In this document: positions 53,024 to 64,000 of the stretch, piece after piece | How the letters are laid out: each line of letters begins with the position of its first letter | How positions within the stretch are numbered: the stretch's first letter is position 1 | Assembly: GCA_051047955.1 (NCBI GenBank) | Contig: JBPGPT010000002.1 | Coordinates: forward strand, 372,001-436,000 | Direction: 5' to 3' | DNA: 64,000 bases | Origin: Cystobasidiomycetes sp. EMM_F5 | Lineage: Eukaryota | The notes under the pieces: model-generated | The model's input: only the letters and a program-made list of their open reading frames with translations | Database searches by the model: none | What the model was told of the DNA's origin: nothing | Translations under genes and position numbers: made by a program

Positions 53024-55457
53024 CTACTTTCGCCTTCTCCGCTGCCCAGAGGACGACGATCCGGATACATGTTGTGTCACAACGACATCTCCCCCAGAAC
53101 CTCCTGCTTCCTTGACACGTTCCTGTGCAGTCAGAGTGAACATTAGATCCTGGACTTGTTCATTTAGATCTGTAATTTGACGTTTCAGATCCTCTGCCTC
53201 GCTAGCTCGTCGCGTGTTTTCGGACTTCAGACTCGTTATATTGTCCATTAATCCCTTGGTGACGCTGCGCTCGCTCTCCAAATCCTTATGCATACTGCGT
53301 GCCATGTCAGTAGCCTTCTCCACCTTCTTTTCTAGCCGAGCTCGCTGGCGTTCCATCTCTGGGAGAGTATCGCCCTCGATGTGTTTCAGCTTGAGCGACA
53401 ATTCCTCGTGCATGGCCGACGAAGCTTTCTGTTTCACATCCTCTTCCGCTGCCTGTCGATCCAGCTTGGATTGTATTGCCTTGGCTTCCTTACGCGCTTG
53501 TTCTCGGCCTACTTCGGCTTTAACCAATTCCGATTTCAGAGCCGCAAGTCTATCCGCATAGTAGAGCCGCTGAGACTCGAGTTGTATCGTCATCAGGTCG
53601 CTGAATTCGATACTAATAGCTTCAATCTTTGCAATCTCATCGCTAGCGACACCATGCGGACCTGGACCAGCTTTCTGATTAGAAGCTGTTGAAGTGGTTG
53701 AAGGAAGCTAGCAATATGTATTTGTCAGACGCCAAAGGAAAAGCGCGGTCAATCCTGGTTCTACACTCGTACCTCTACAAGCTTGCCATCCGTTTTGGAC
53801 TGTATCAAGCGATGGACATATTGATCGCCGGCGTAGTCCCACACTCTCTGGGTCTCCAGCTCGTAGGCATATGTGTGTCCAGATTCTTCAAAGTGAGCTT
53901 CGGCGTGCTTGCCAGAAAATCGTCCGCACCCGACGTGACCACATACGAGGCACATCCATAAGCTCTGTGAAGTAGCGTGCATAAGGTTCTCGTCCTTATC
54001 ACAGACTGCGACGAAGCTAAAACTCACATCAGGAGCTGCGCACACCGCGCACTGAGTTGGCCTCGCAATGCCGAGAGATGCTTCCGCTCTGCTTCTGCCA
54101 GATGAGTACCGACAGACTGGGCAATTATTGTTCATCCATCCTTTGAGGCACATGCAGTGGAAGGTATGCGAGCCTAGGCGTGCCAACGTCATTCTGTGCT
54201 CTATGTCCGACAGGAGATCTGTTACTTACACTGTACAGTGATGAGGCCGGACACTGATGCATCCATTCGCTCCAAGCAAACAGGGCAAGTTGGCAGCTCG
54301 TTCAAGCCAGCCTTTGTCACGACCTTGTCTTTGCTTGTTCCTCCAAATTCTGGACCGCATTGAGGGAATGCAAATGTATATGGCGCAGAGTCTGTCGTCG
54401 AGATTTCGACGGCCGATATGCGAACGACGTGGCATATCTCATCGAGAAGCATGTCATTGTATGGCTTCGCATCGTACGTGTCGACAAAGCGAGACGCTTC
54501 GGCGGACGTGTGAAGCTTGATTAGTACCATGTATCGATTCGGCATAACATCTCTGGGTGCGTCAGTCGGACTCTCAGTAATGTTCTCCTGTCTGCGTCTA
54601 CGAAGGCTTCACCTCATTATGCGAACTTGCTGTATAGAGCTGACAAAATCAGAAATGAACTGTAGAAAATCGGCTGTGGCCCAGTTGGAAGGGACAGCGA
54701 GTACTGCTACCATTGTACCTTTCCCATCATCGCCTTTGACGGGTTTCCGCTTCGCCGTAGCTTCGGGATTACTGAAAGATCTGCTCCGGCCGGCATGGTC
54801 ATCGTCTTCAGGCAAGTCGTCCTGAGGCTCTTTGTACAGGTGCATGATGCCGTAACCCAGGTCTATGGTGCCAGCATCACCCGGAAGGGGCGCTTTGGAT
54901 TCAAGAGCAGAAGCCTGGTGCTTCTTTTCGAAGATTGCCGGTAATTCAAAACCTCTGGAAGGGGACATGATCCGATGTGGTGACGAAACAGCGATTTCAA
55001 TAGGCTTCTCGAGGTATTCGACTTGTATAAGGCCAAACCGCCAATCTAGCGTTCTGTAAGGTGCAAAGACTGGTTGTATGACTTCAGAGACCAGTTGCCG
55101 TTTTGAAACTTTGGGAGATGTCGTAAATGAGGAAGCGCCTGGTGTGAACTCTGCGGCTTGTGCGCTCAGCCCCGCTTTCACCAATGCAGTAGCCTTGTCG
55201 GCAGCAACGGATGACGCAGCGACCGGATATTCAGATTCGAGTAGACCCGACCAAATATCTCGCGGAGTTCGCAGGGGCTTACTGAACCCGTCGTACTTGT
55301 GCGCGAGCTCGTCCTCGAGCGGCCAGGGTAGTCCGGTGAATGTATCAAACGAACTCTGGTCGTCGCCAGTGATTGCCGAGTTCGAAATGTAGCTGCCGAC
55401 TCGCTGGCGTTCGAGGTAGGCAGCGTGTGGGTCAAAGAGGCTCACTACGAGCCGCAT
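53024..55457 (-). CDS. ETP1: BRAP2/Etp1 E3 ligase (BRAP2 domain, RING, ZnF-UBP, coiled coil)
   Basis: PNRYMVLIK; ELPTCPVCLERMD; HTFHCMCL..W....CPVCRY; LWMCLVCGHVGCGR; QRVWDYAGDQYVHRLIQ; QLESQRLYY. Confidence 0.92.
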
Positions 55458-55611
55458 AACAGTGGTGAACAGGAGCGCAAAGCAGAGCCATGGGTTTCGT
55501 GCGACGGCAGTTTGGTCAGTTGTGGCAAAGTCAAACCGCGAACTCGTATTTTGGACGACAATGTGCTTTTCCAACAACAATACTGGCACAGTCACTGCTA
55601 GTACGACATGA

Positions 55612-56293
55612 CTATCCTTTCTGGAAGCCCATTGCCTTCTTCCGTTCTGCGCTCAAACCAAATCAGCAAAACTTCTTTTTTTCCTTTTGAACTGCAACTC
55701 ACCATAAAACATATCCGTACGTGAAGCACCAAGATTGACAATCTTAGGACAACCGTCTCTGTCTTTCTCCATACGAGTGCATTCCGCGCAATAGAATGCA
55801 TCAGAGATGCCTGTTGGAATTCCGCATTTCGCGTCAATCAATGCATTCTTTTGTTATACCGGGTTTGACCAATTTACCTGGGGAACCACAGACGACACAG
55901 CGTCCACCATACGTGCCAAAGTTGCATTCGTCGCAGATGCGCACGACTGTCTCCGGTCGCACATAGGAATCGCATATTGGGCTTGACAATGGAAAAGCCG
56001 GCATGAATGGGCAACGATGCGGAGAAATAAGAATGAATTAGCATGTTGCACAGTGAGAAGAGACGAGAAGTAATAAAACAAGTCAGCATTCGCTGCTTTC
56101 CTAGCACGAAAATCAGCGTTTGACGCACCATTTTCCATCGCAACGTTCACACATCCGACCAATGGCAGTGCCAGGCTGCTTGCGGCACATCAAGAGATCT
56201 GGGTGCTAGTGAATTGTCATAATCATATTACAAACGTCAGCGCCTGGTCTAGTCTGCTGCCTTCGAATTGCATATACGCACATGCTTGGACAT
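55612..56293 (-). CDS. RDS3: PHF5A/Rds3 SF3b spliceosomal zinc-knot protein, 5 exons
   Basis: Spliced [111 protein letters not shown]. Confidence 0.95.
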
Positions 56294-56595
56294 GGTGAAA
56301 GGATGGTCGACCCGTTAGAGGAGTAAGCAGTAGAGGACGGAGTCTGCAGAGCTTTGCAGAGTTCAGATATTAGGCCAGGTCTTGGCCAAGCTATCGGGTG
56401 GTTGGCAGTCGGGTAAGCGAGAAGTTCGGCATGAAGGGCGGTTGGACCAAATTGCTGACTCAGCAACAGATTGTACACGAAATGAGTCTCTAAATACAAC
56501 GACAGATGTTCACATACGCAGAACGGAAGGCTCGCGCCATACTTGACCTAGCGTAGAATAGAGGACAGTGTAAAGCAGTTCCGACCAGGATTCCT

Positions 56596-58029
56596 CTACC
56601 TCCGTCCTACAAGGGATTTCGTCGTGGTCTTTGGCGGTAAAGGCGGTTTGGTCACCTTGTTCGTGCTCTTCGAACGTCCATCCATCTTTGTAGATATACT
56701 ATCCGGCACAAACTCCTCTAGCGGTATTCTCGATAAGAAGATCTTGATTTCTGTAGGAGGGGCACGGTCTTGCGGAGTGCTATTCGATCCGCGTCGACTA
56801 CGCCCAGGGAAATCCAGGAATTGCAACAAGTCCTCCTCGTTATTCTTTGACCGCCGCCGCTTGACTTCACTCGCTATACTGATTGCGCGTGTAACGGTGT
56901 CGGCATTAGCAGCGAGTATGGTGATGAAGATGAGATTAGGATCCTGCACAGGCTGTTAGCTTCCAGATAGTACATCTTAAAAGCGGTGAGTACCTGAAAT
57001 AACGCCAAGCAGTGTTCCACATAGGCAGTTTCAGACAACTGCATAGTGATGAGTATCTCGTTCTCCGAAATCTGGATGCACATGTAAGGCAGAAGCAACT
57101 TCGGCTTATGCGCAGAATAGACCGTGAAGATACGTACCTCTTCCGGCCGTACCGCATCAGCAGCAGCATTAGGCGACGGAGATCGAGAACGTGCTGAATC
57201 AAGCTGCTGTAGCACTGGAGCCAGTCCGACCCCAACTTTGCGCTGTTGCGAAGTCGAAGGAACACTATTGATGCTTTCATCTAGCTTGTCGCTCCAAATG
57301 ATGGAATACAAGCTGGATAGGAGGACTATTTCGAACCCTGGTCGAGCATAATGTCAGTTCCGGGGATTTTGGCTATACAATGTGCCGCGAAAACAACCTT
57401 TTCGGTCTTCCAACGTTAGTCGATCCAGATTGTAGTCAAGCCTGTACAATAGATTTGTCAAGGCCCTAAACGTACGACTCTTTGAACAGGACCAACCTAC
57501 ATCTGTATCAACGGGCCCTTTTTTGATTGTTTGTAGCTGTACCGAGACAGTGAGAGACACATAGAACGCCTATTCGATGCACGTACGACGCAACAACAAT
57601 ATCGGGATCAGGTTTACGGCTCAGTTTGCACATGTACCCAGAGTTTCGTGTGGAGATTGTCTCGCGATCTCGCTGCCACGCAAAGCGCATATCTTCCCAC
57701 CGAAAAGCCCACTCAAAAGACATGAGCGTCTTGTTCTTGAGCTCCACGTTGGCTGACGGGTTGTGCAATTGCATACACCGCATGCGATTTTGTGATATTG
57801 TAATGGTAGAACAGAGTATGCTACCAGAGAGCGGGTCCACCAAGGACATTATTCCGGGTTTTTCGTGGTGCATGGACAAAGCGTATGCCGCTGGCGGATC
57901 TGCCTCCTCAATCTCCGGACGATGTAAAGGCTGCCCAGCCGAGTCGCACGGAAACAGGTCTACCGTCTCCCGCTCGACGAGCGACGGCGCAGCTCTCAGT
58001 GTGTACAGCCCATCGTAGGTTGCAGCCAT
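56596..58029 (-). CDS. Conserved-looking hypothetical protein, multi-exon
   Basis: ORFs 57508-58029, 56874-57311 and 56596-56949 are linked by canonical short introns. Motifs FEWAFRWED, RKPDPD and LDYNLDR..EDRKG; function not recognised. Confidence 0.55.
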
Positions 58030-58163
58030 GCTCGGTGTGCTGCAGTCAGTTGTGCCGAAGCCAGGACCTGAGCAGCTCCGTCATCGATTGACCGCTCGCG
58101 GCGGTGCGAAAGAGCTGCCGCGTGCCAATAAGTTGCAGCTTGAGCCTTTTTGATCTCGCGTAC

Positions 58164-59782
58164 ATGGCTAGGGACCCTACCACTGCCGTCAGCTACGCCA
58201 ACGAAGCCGCGTACGATTCGGACGGCGATGGAGCCTCGTCCAGGGCATCGACCTCTGCCAGCGGCGTCGTTTTGGGATTCGACGACGGGCTGCTTCTAGG
58301 CGAGGAATCGGGGGCTGAACAAAGCTATGCTGATGAAAGGAATCTTCAAGTCTCGCGCATAGGTGGGAGACCCGTAAGCTTCGTCTGGCAAGAGTGTCGA
58401 GTTTCCGACTGATGAGATTGTTCAACAGAGCTTTCCGGGCCCGACTGTTCCACCTTTTCGACTGTCAAAATGTCCGATGTGTTCTCACAGCATGCTTCTG
58501 CTCCTTCAAATTCATGCACCCCTCATTGATGACCAGGTCAAATTACTTCCAGACCGGAGTAACAGATATCGTGAAGAATTTGACCGAATCCTTTACGTGT
58601 TTGCATGCGTTCGCAAAGGTTGCAATGGCGTCAAATGTCTTCGAGCCGCTAGAAGGAATCCGGAGTGGGCAAGAGAAGGCAGGCAGCGGAGAGGGCGCGA
58701 GGTAATAGCGCGACAGGCGGAAGACAAGGCAAAAGCTGCTAGCAAAGCCGCCAATCCCTTTGCTAGCGCGTCTACGTCGGCCATCAATCCGTTCTTGAAT
58801 ACGAATAATCCATTCTCTGGAGGAGAGCCCGGCTTGGGCAGCGCAATCTTTGGCTCAAGTCAAGCACTTCCGGCTGAGGAAACGCAAAGTCCGGACGAGC
58901 CGGCGAGCATTGAGCTCTCCCCTCAAGAAGACGCGCACTCCACACAAGCAATGTTCTGGTCACCTGGGGAGGATGATATTTTGCGAATTCCGCCGCGATA
59001 CCTGACTTCCTCATATGAACAAATCTTCGCTACAAACACAAGTCGCCAGGCGCGTCTGGAACAACAGCTCGAATCGATGGGGCTAGGGGATGAACGGCCC
59101 GCGCAGCATAAAGGCGGGAGAATCGTAAAGAATGCCAACTCCGCACCGGGCAGAAAGGGAACAGACTCGAATACGAGCGGACAAGACGTTGGTTGGTCTA
59201 CCGAAGCGTACGAAGTCATGCGCATCTCTGGCGTCGAAGAAGTCTTTCTGGCTTTCCAAGAAAGACTAGAAGCTAGTAATGCCGCTGATCAGGTAGTCAG
59301 GTAAGCCAACAATTCAGCTTAGCCAATCACCGTGACTGATGACGGTGTTTAGATATGAATTTGGCGGTACACCACTACCATTCTCTGCAAATTCTGGGCC
59401 CTTCAAGCAGCTGTATTCAGCACAGTCTGGCCCGATTTCCACCACAATCGGCCGCGACCACAGTGCATCTTCAGCAACGTCCTTCGGAGCGGCTGGCATG
59501 CGCAAGTACGATACAAGCTGTCGACAAGTGTCGAATTGCCAACATTGCGGGTCAGCGCGGACATTCGAGTTGCAAATCATGCCACATCTCGTCAGCATAG
59601 TCGAGAAGTCCCTCAACAGCGCTACACCTAAATCAAAGGAGCAACAGGAGTTAAGCTGGGCTACAGTATGGTGCTTTGTGTGCAGTGCTGATTGTCTGGA
59701 CTCAAACGGTAGTGGAGGAAGTGACAATCTAGACTTGTTCGGCTGGCGAGAGGAGGTAGCTCTCGTAGAAACGGAGGATTAG
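58164..59782 (+). CDS. TSR4: Tsr4/PDCD2-like ribosomal-protein chaperone
   Basis: VVLGF, SRIGGRP, MLLLLQIHAP, DRILYVFAC, QVVRYEFGGTPL, CQHCGSARTFELQIMPHL and WATVWCFVCSADC. Confidence 0.88.
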
Positions 59783-60048
59783 CCGTCAATTTCACAACTA
59801 TTGGTCTCCATCAATGCAGAAATCACATTACTCAGAGCAGCAATATGCGTGCTGTAGCTAAAAGCACCCGCCGAGACAACAAGTAACTATAACTGATGAG
59901 GCACACTCGTGGCACCAGTCATTCAGAGTAATTCCAACATGAACGCGAAACAAGCAATCAGTGCGAGACCACGAAGAGAGCATGGTACGCTCAGTCTGAG
60001 GTGCAGGATCAGCAAGAATCGTAATGCAAACACGTTCCGTTTTCCAGC

Positions 60049-60568
60049 TTACATCCGCGCTTCATTAGTCACGAGTGTAGAGGTCGGGCTCGAGGCCAGT
60101 GACGATGCGGGTGACCTGCTAAATGCAACGGGGCTAGCAGCACTAGTCAAAGCTGATGGAGCTGGGCTCGGAGTGGTATCTGGAATGAGGGCAGCAGCCT
60201 TCAGCGGCGGATCTGAAGCAATTTACAAGCAGTTCTACTGACACGCCTCTCGGGAGGTGTAAAAGGAGAGCACAGTGCTTGTATTGTTTGCAGGTCTACC
60301 CTCCAGACTGCTTGTTTCGCTCCGCATCTGGTCCGATTTCGTAAGGTCTGGACGGCTTGAATAGGCACTCTGGCTTAGAAGAATGGATGACGCTACCGTC
60401 ACGCATGGATGGTCATAGACTATCGGTAGCTTAGCTAAGCCCTGCAAAAGGGACAGTGTGCCGGCACTTACCGGCATTCAGCAACGCGCATCCAGCATCC
60501 TTTCCTAGCGATACTGCTAATGAAGTAACTTGAGGGATGAATCCTGGATCACTGCTGAAGTCGGGCAT
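60049..60568 (-). CDS. Small spliced S/P/A-rich hypothetical protein
   Basis: Three in-frame exons with GT-AG introns give MPDFSSDPGFIPQVTSLAVSLGKDAGCALLNAVYDHP...SPTSTLVTNEARM*. No recognisable domain; the true start may lie upstream. Confidence 0.35.
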
Positions 60569-61063
60569 GGCTGTAAAATGTCAGCAGGATTCGCAAGGAA
60601 TAATGGACTGCAGGCATACGGAGCGCAGCGCAAGAGGCTGTACATGCTGCTACGAATAGCGGAAGTGTGAAATGCATGAAATACATGGTCCGACAGCTTT
60701 GTGGCAGGGCTCGGATTGGTGTATTGACTGGATGCCCTTGAGTGCATCATAGGACGAACGGTGCGCATAGGTGTGCAGCCTTGGGGTTGCCAACGGCTTC
60801 CGAATATTCGAGGACACTGAGCGCATTTCGGGCAAATCGAAAATTTGATCCTATGCGTATGTGCGCCATTTTTACAACTAGAGAAATGACAACAGCGCTC
60901 TGGCGACCTGTGCCCATTCCAACAACGAAAGAAGCGGCCAAGCGATATCTTGCAGTTCGGCTCCTGCTTCCCAAGGCCTGAAAAGAGAGCATAAGAACAT
61001 ACTCGCGTCATCCGAGTCCGATATGGGCTTGCCTATCGATACATATCACCGCGTCAAACTCGT

Positions 61064-61654
61064 TCACCAGAATTGTTTTCTTCGACGACGGACTTCACGG
61101 TCGACCGTCTTCTTCATTCCCCAGCGCTGTCGCTGATCGTCTGCCTCTCGTTCGTGCGTAGACTTGACTTGCTTCTGCACTCGTCTGGCTTGCTTGGAGT
61201 CGCCGAAGCCCAACGTTGACACGAAAAATGGTGATACGTTGTATTTCTTTGCGAGTTTGCTTCTCGTCCATTTGGCAGGATCTGACAGCCTGAGACTTTT
61301 CAGTTCTTGCATTTGTTCTTCAGAAAGCCTCGCTAGGTGTTGACCAGGTTCTGGCCGCAATCTCGGAGGTAACGTGTCTGCCGCAGCACTTGATACGACA
61401 GCGGGTAAAGTAGGCGGCGCTGGCGAGTACGGCGAGCGAATAGTGAATGCCACTGAAGGACGGTCCGTCAGGATATGATGTTCTGCATCCGGGGCGTTCC
61501 TTGCGTCGAGAGAATCGAAATCACGGCGGTTTGGCCGAAATTTATGGGCTGCCGTCTCGACAGCTGTGGACGTCGAAGCAATTGGCACATACGCCCGCAG
61601 CGATGTCGTGAGCATACGCAGTTGCGCTGGCGCGCGGATGCAAGTCTGTTGCAT
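61064..61654 (-). CDS. MRPL20: Mitochondrial ribosomal protein mL58 (yeast MrpL20)
   Basis: LPPRL...LSEEQMQELKSLRLSDPAKWTRSKLAKKYNVSPFFV...W......R.RRKQFW. Confidence 0.8.
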   Translation of the reverse strand: MQQTCIRAPAQLRMLTTSLRAYVPIASTSTAVETAAHKFRPNRRDFDSLDARNAPDAEHHILTDRPSVAFTIRSPYSPAPPTLPAVVSSAAADTLPPRLRPEPGQHLARLSEEQMQELKSLRLSDPAKWTRSKLAKKYNVSPFFVSTLGFGDSKQARRVQKQVKSTHEREADDQRQRWGMKKTVDREVRRRRKQFW

Positions 61655-61967
61655 GTTTGATTTGGTGAAGCGGAAACCTGAACAACTCATTCATCGGTGT
61701 CGCACCCTGCCTGTGCATTTTGACAGGTCTTTGACCTCCTAATCAATACATGAGTGTAAAGCATTCTGCTACATTGCTTCTAGGTGTCGATGAAGGAGGG
61801 AAGAAAGGCAGGAAGGAGCATAATGTCCCAAACTATTTTTGTATCCACATCCATATTGCTCTGCCGCAGCAACAATCCGTTCCAAGTATGTTGCGAGCAG
61901 GCAATCTAACTTCTCACGATATATTTTGGAATTAACCCGAGTCAGCTGAAGATTCGCTATCCTCTTG

Positions 61968-62897
61968 TTAGGACCATGATAATTGGATGCCGCGGTCCGA
62001 TAGATTGCTCTTCATGCTCTGCTTGAACTGCTCTAATCTGTGAGTGCTGACCATCCTAGACTTGACCATATGCAGACTGATTGTTCTGCTGCAGAATTGA
62101 TCTCGACAAAGGAGAAGCGCCAATTCCGTAAGATCGTAGTTGTGCAGTAACGAAAATGTAAAATGTACCGGCTTGAAGGGCAGATCCAACAGGAGCATTT
62201 GCACTCCGGGAGTATTGACGTTGGAAATATGCAAGTGCGTGAGTGTTTCTGGCATCTTTTGTGCCTCAATCGCTGCTACTGCGGGAAGCCCGTTGGCCAA
62301 GGCATGTACTGTGGGGACGAATCCTTGTGTCTGATTGGTATTACCAAGATGGGCCGTTACCGGAGCAGGCGCTGCACTAGTAGCAGCTGCAAGAATGACC
62401 AATCGTTGCAGAGCAGGCGTGGCCGTCTGTAGGTGAGCTAGATGCGTGTACAAGCTCTCTCCTGCTAAATGCAAATTGCGCAACCGAGGCATCAGTGGAA
62501 AGTCTTGTAGAGTCACGCAATGTCCATCGAGGGTGAATTCCAAACTTGTCACGTTTCGAAAGACTCGTAGAAGGACTGGAACTATTGTATTGAGGGAATG
62601 CACAGTTGGTAGGAAATTCGGCGCGTGGAATACCAGATTCTGTAGGTCCAGTGTGGTATTGAGTGATTGTGCAAGCGCCATCAAGCGCGTTGCGGCACGA
62701 GTATCGCGAGGATTGAGTGCTATTGCGCAGCATCGAAAGATAGCCCGAGTGAAAATCTTGCTTAATCGGGGATGTATCAAGCGCAACTGAAATATCCCGC
62801 ATATTGAAGAGGTGCTCCAGATAATCTTGTCAGATTGGACCGTTGCGCTTGCGATCTCATCGAGCAGCTCCGGTGGAAGGGATAAGAGGCCGACCAT
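61968..62897 (-). CDS. F-box-like protein with degenerate LRRs, intronless
   Basis: N-terminal LLSLPPELLDEIA; LRR-like segments NVTSLEF, PRLRNLHL, PALQRLVI and ETLTHLHI. Confidence 0.6.
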   Translation of the reverse strand: MVGLLSLPPELLDEIASATVQSDKIIWSTSSICGIFQLRLIHPRLSKIFTRAIFRCCAIALNPRDTRAATRLMALAQSLNTTLDLQNLVFHAPNFLPTVHSLNTIVPVLLRVFRNVTSLEFTLDGHCVTLQDFPLMPRLRNLHLAGESLYTHLAHLQTATPALQRLVILAAATSAAPAPVTAHLGNTNQTQGFVPTVHALANGLPAVAAIEAQKMPETLTHLHISNVNTPGVQMLLLDLPFKPVHFTFSLLHNYDLTELALLLCRDQFCSRTISLHMVKSRMVSTHRLEQFKQSMKSNLSDRGIQLSWS

Positions 62898-63498
62898 CGT
62901 CGGCTAGGCCGCTTGCGCCAGGCAATGCTTGGAATGCTGTATATGTACCCTCGGACTGTCTTGAAGCCTTCTTCTGCCAGCGTCAAGACTACTAGTCTGC
63001 TTATCGGGATCAATGCATCGGCAATCACCGCAGCGGGACTGCCGGCGGAGCACGCCAACGAGGTCGAACAGATCAGCTCAGGAAGACTATCGGCTGCTGC
63101 GATGAAGACGGTGATGTAGCATCGATACGACTTCGTGTGCGCATTTCGCGATGAAGACGCTAAGAGCATTGATCGCGATAGCTTTCGGCTTCATTTGCGA
63201 TACGCATCACGTGACAGACGTCGTCGCGTAAGAAACATCAGCAGAAGCCGTTTGCGCGAGGCTCAAAACATCCAAACCCATAGCATCGTCGAGATCACCC
63301 GTTGAAGATGTTTGCATTTGTCATTTAGCGCTACATGGTGGTGTAAGAATTCCCCCAAAAACTTCTGCAGAGTAAACGAAATGCCATGCAAGCACTGACT
63401 TGGTATACGAAAGCTACGGTTGAAGCAGCGCGTGAAGAGTATCACTTCGGTAGATGAAATTGTCGAGCCGCTCATGACCATCTTTTCTGCAAGCACGG

Positions 63499-64000
63499 CT
63501 AATGCCCGTTAGAGAAGCCATTTGTCCAGGGCTTGGACTGATTGGGCTTCCTTAGGAAAGGCTTGAAGATTGCATGAGGATCGGGGTGTCGGAAATCATT
63601 GTGGACAATGTTGATGAGGTAGTAGGAATCGAAAAGCTCGGTTAGGATTTTGTTGGATGGACTGTCGGTAGGGTACAGGTTTGCCCACTGCTGGCCCAAC
63701 TCGAAGGCTTCGTCCTTCCACGCTTCAAAGCTTGCCTGTTCAACAATCGTCGGCTGCAAGACTTCTTTGGCCGGGAAGATGCCCCATGTGACCGCATTGA
63801 TGGCGTCTTCGGTGCAGTTAGTGCGAAGTTGGCCAGCCTTCGTGACTGCATAGTAAGTAATGTCGGGATCTTCATCAAAAGCGGCCAGAAGCTTGTCGGC
63901 TCGCTCCGCCGAGCAGAAGAACTCGAGGTACGCCTGATACCAGATTCGTTAGATAGCATTCACCCCTGACTTTGCAATGAACATACCTTCTGATAAATAT
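63499..64000 (-). CDS. MET13: Methylenetetrahydrofolate reductase (Met13/Met12 type), 3' end
   Basis: AYLEFFCS, NAVTWGIFPAKEVLQPTIVEQASFEAWKDEAF and YYLINIVHNDF (regulatory domain). The gene continues beyond the window; MET13 versus MET12 is uncertain. Confidence 0.9.

Noticed and set aside
62900..63490. Short ORFs between the F-box gene and the MTHFR 3' end
   Set aside because: No recognisable product; more likely UTR or promoter sequence. One TCACGTGAC site near 63207 is not enough to call a feature.

Overview
Gene-dense, intron-rich eukaryotic DNA from a fungus. The short GT..CTRAC..YAG introns (mostly ~50-80 nt) and the DUF6534 and PriA/CPL1-type genes suggest a basidiomycete, probably a yeast-like one (inference). 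I can support about 30 protein-coding genes. Recognisable ones: MATE transporter, SSR4, COX4, MET5, a P450, histone H4, TSC13, SEC72, ATP19, RPN1, a PsiD/PSD-family decarboxylase, HMG1, a Cys-rich CPL1/PriA-like secreted protein, CYT1, OMA1, a bZIP factor, ETP1/BRAP2, RDS3/PHF5A, TSR4, MRPL20 and the MTHFR 3' end. ATP19, TSC13 and RDS3 are nearly invisible in the ORF track and were rebuilt by hand. I saw no rRNA, tRNA, transposon or CRISPR. The most unusual signals are: (i) introns in CYT1 and RDS3 with distant branch points and ~110-160 nt AG-free 3' tails; (ii) a 9-exon, 79-aa ATP19 with 6- and 9-nt exons and one apparently structured intron; (iii) a secreted class-3 lipase fold with Gly in place of the nucleophile Ser; (iv) a CPL1/CFL1-like protein built from one-repeat-per-exon modules with Kex2-type sites. 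All family calls come from remembered motifs, not database searches, and exon boundaries are manual.
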